A DNA stretch of 62,031 nucleotides, counting the filler. It is 3 parts of 3 records of this genome, joined end to end, with 100 filler letters (N's around TTAATTAATTAA, not from the genome) between each part and the next. Parts side by side here need not be neighbours in the genome. Positions count along the whole stretch, not along the records: positions 44,645 to 62,031 come from SRR20825019_2939; 2 more parts are not named here. The stretch is one strand, 5' to 3'. Numbering within the stretch: position 1 is the first letter of the stretch; every line of letters starts with the position of its first letter. The position numbers and the translations under genes are program-made. Positions 60,405-62,031 of this stretch are shown piece by piece. The notes under the pieces are model-generated. The model searched no databases. It saw only the letters and a list, made by a program, of their open reading frames with translations, and was not told the origin of the DNA.

Positions 60405-61664
60405 TCAGAATGTGCCGAAGCGATCGATACGCAGATTTTCAAGGTTGATGGCGGGCGTTTGTTGTTGCGCAAGCTCGGTGACAAGCCGTCCGGTCGCCGC
60501 AGACTGGGTGAGCCCCAGATGGCCGTGACCGAAGGCATAGATCACATGCGGCGCCACCTTCGAGCGGTCAATCACCGGCAGGCAATCCGGCATGGAGGGG
60601 CGGAAACCCATCCACTGTTCGCCACCTTCGGTTTTCAACCCTGGAAGGAAGCGGCTTGCGAGCTTGAGCAGCATTTCCGAGCGTTTGAAATTCGCTGGCA
60701 GGTCCAGGCCGCCGAACTCCACCGCACCGCCAACGCGAACGCCATTTTTCAACGGCGTGACGACAAATGAGTGATCATTAAAATAAAGCTGCCGCTGAAT
60801 GCCGAACGCACTAAGCGGCAAAGTCGTGTTGTAGCCGCGCTCGGTATCAAGCGGCACAGCCTCACCAAGGCTTGCGGCCAGCTTTTTCGACCACGCACCG
60901 CAGGCAACGACGACCGTTGACGCCTCCAGTGCCGCGCCCTCGGCAAAACGGATACGCGCACCGTCTTCCATCGGCTCAAGCGCTGCAACGGTTGCGGGCT
61001 TCACAGCCGTGCCGTCCATCCGCAAAAGCTCGGCGATGGCACGGGTAAAACCTGCTGGATCTGAAATCTGAAGACCGTCTTCACTGTAAAAGGCATGTTC
61101 AAATTGCGGCGCAAGCCCCGGCTGGAGCAAGTCGATTTCCTTCCGCCCGACCCGGTGAAAGGTAAAACCTGCCTGGCGTTTGCGCTCCCAATGCGGTGCC
61201 GCCGTCTTCAGGCTTTCGGCGTTGTCATAAAGATCAAGCGTTCCGGTATTGACGATAAACGGCGAAAGGTCGCGGTCCTGACGGATTTGTTCATACTCGG
61301 AAATCGCCAGTTGCATCAACGTCGTCTGTGTTTGCAGGCCACGCTCGAAATTGGCTCGGAAGCTGGCGCGCCAGAAATGCCAGAACCAGGGTACAAGCCG
61401 CAACGCATGGGCGGGGCGGATCGTTAGCGGTCCCAGCGGATCAATCAGCCAGCCCGGCGCTTTCCAGGTGATGCCGGGCGCGGGGATCGGCACGATTTCC
61501 GGAAACGCCAGAATACCGGCATTGCCCGCGCTGGCTCCCGCAGCCACGCCGTCCCGCTCAACGATGGTGACGTTGCGTCCGGCTTTTGCGAGATAACGCG
61601 CCGCCATACATCCGATAATGCCGCCACCGATGACAACGGCATCGGCTTTTTCTGTTTCCGTCAT
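60405..61664 (-). CDS. FAD-dependent D-amino acid dehydrogenase, likely cis-4-hydroxy-D-proline dehydrogenase
   Basis: GGGIIG, ASAGNAG, ERGY, WMGFRP, FGHGHLGLT; cluster context. Confidence 0.85.
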   Translation of the reverse strand: MTETEKADAVVIGGGIIGCMAARYLAKAGRNVTIVERDGVAAGASAGNAGILAFPEIVPIPAPGITWKAPGWLIDPLGPLTIRPAHALRLVPWFWHFWRASFRANFERGLQTQTTLMQLAISEYEQIRQDRDLSPFIVNTGTLDLYDNAESLKTAAPHWERKRQAGFTFHRVGRKEIDLLQPGLAPQFEHAFYSEDGLQISDPAGFTRAIAELLRMDGTAVKPATVAALEPMEDGARIRFAEGAALEASTVVVACGAWSKKLAASLGEAVPLDTERGYNTTLPLSAFGIQRQLYFNDHSFVVTPLKNGVRVGGAVEFGGLDLPANFKRSEMLLKLASRFLPGLKTEGGEQWMGFRPSMPDCLPVIDRSKVAPHVIYAFGHGHLGLTQSAATGRLVTELAQQQTPAINLENLRIDRFGTF

Positions 61665-61713
61665 CTCGCTCCCCGATGAATCCGTCTGCTCGCCGTCTTC
61701 ACACTTGCCGTCT

Positions 61714-62031
61714 TCACAGTGGCAGTGAAGTGGCCTTAGACGTCTCACGCGCCAGATAATCCTGAATCTGACGCACAATCTGCGCGGCGTGGGCCACGGC
61801 CAGTTGATCGGCCTTTTCGACCTCCCCCGCAGCGATGGCGGCAATCATCGCTTCGTGCTCGTCAACATACTGGCGCGGCAGGCGATCATCGAAGGTGGAG
61901 TAGTAAAGCCTCAAAATCCGGCGCCCCTCATCCAGCAGGCGTGTAAAAAAACGTGTATAATACGTGTTACCCGCAAGTCCGGCGATGGCGACATGAAACT
62001 CGCGATTGGCCTCGATCATCGCAAAGGCGTC
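61714..62031 (-). CDS. GntR-family regulator, FCD domain (5' part outside window)
   Basis: NREFH..IA..AGN, EH..MI.AI...A.....H. Confidence 0.85.
   Translation of the reverse strand, partial: DAFAMIEANREFHVAIAGLAGNTYYTRFFTRLLDEGRRILRLYYSTFDDRLPRQYVDEHEAMIAAIAAGEVEKADQLAVAHAAQIVRQIQDYLARETSKATSLPL

Overview
The window is a composite of three unrelated contigs joined by 100-nt spacers (44 N + TTAATTAATTAA + 44 N at 17384-17483 and 44545-44644), so neighbourhoods must not be read across the joins. Segment 1 (1-17383; GC-rich, alphaproteobacterial, Rhodospirillales-like by inference) is housekeeping DNA: ychF-pth-rplY-prs, hldD-lgt-MidA-type methyltransferase-pgeF-M24-like hydrolase, ubiK-ybjN-proC-TetR-phasin-csaA, a MarR/OmpR/EnvZ-like trio divergent from ilvE, a thioesterase and a partial PLP decarboxylase. 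Segment 2 (17484-44544; AT-rich, Flavobacteriaceae-like) has the yidC end, a 4x fasciclin lipoprotein, mnmA, a complete but functionally uncharacterised RDD/SpoIIM/DUF4129/DUF4350/MoxR/DUF58 membrane cluster, a Cys-motif beta-barrel + TonB-dependent receptor pair behind a repeat-rich operator, an ECF sigma with a membrane partner, ndh, xerD, two OMPs, aroQ and the lpdA end. Segment 3 (44645-62031; alphaproteobacterial, Rhizobiales-like by inference) has a nucleoside-type ABC transporter operon with an amidase and a cytosine-deaminase-like enzyme behind a RutR-like box, sitABCD with a Mur-type box, and a hydroxyproline catabolism cluster. I saw no rRNA, tRNA, CRISPR array, transposase or prophage. 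Best candidates for undescribed biology: the MoxR membrane cluster, the beta-barrel/TonB pair, the amidase-deaminase-ABC operon, a metal-ligand-less M24 enzyme, and several non-coding signals. All family calls are by motif recognition; no database search was run.
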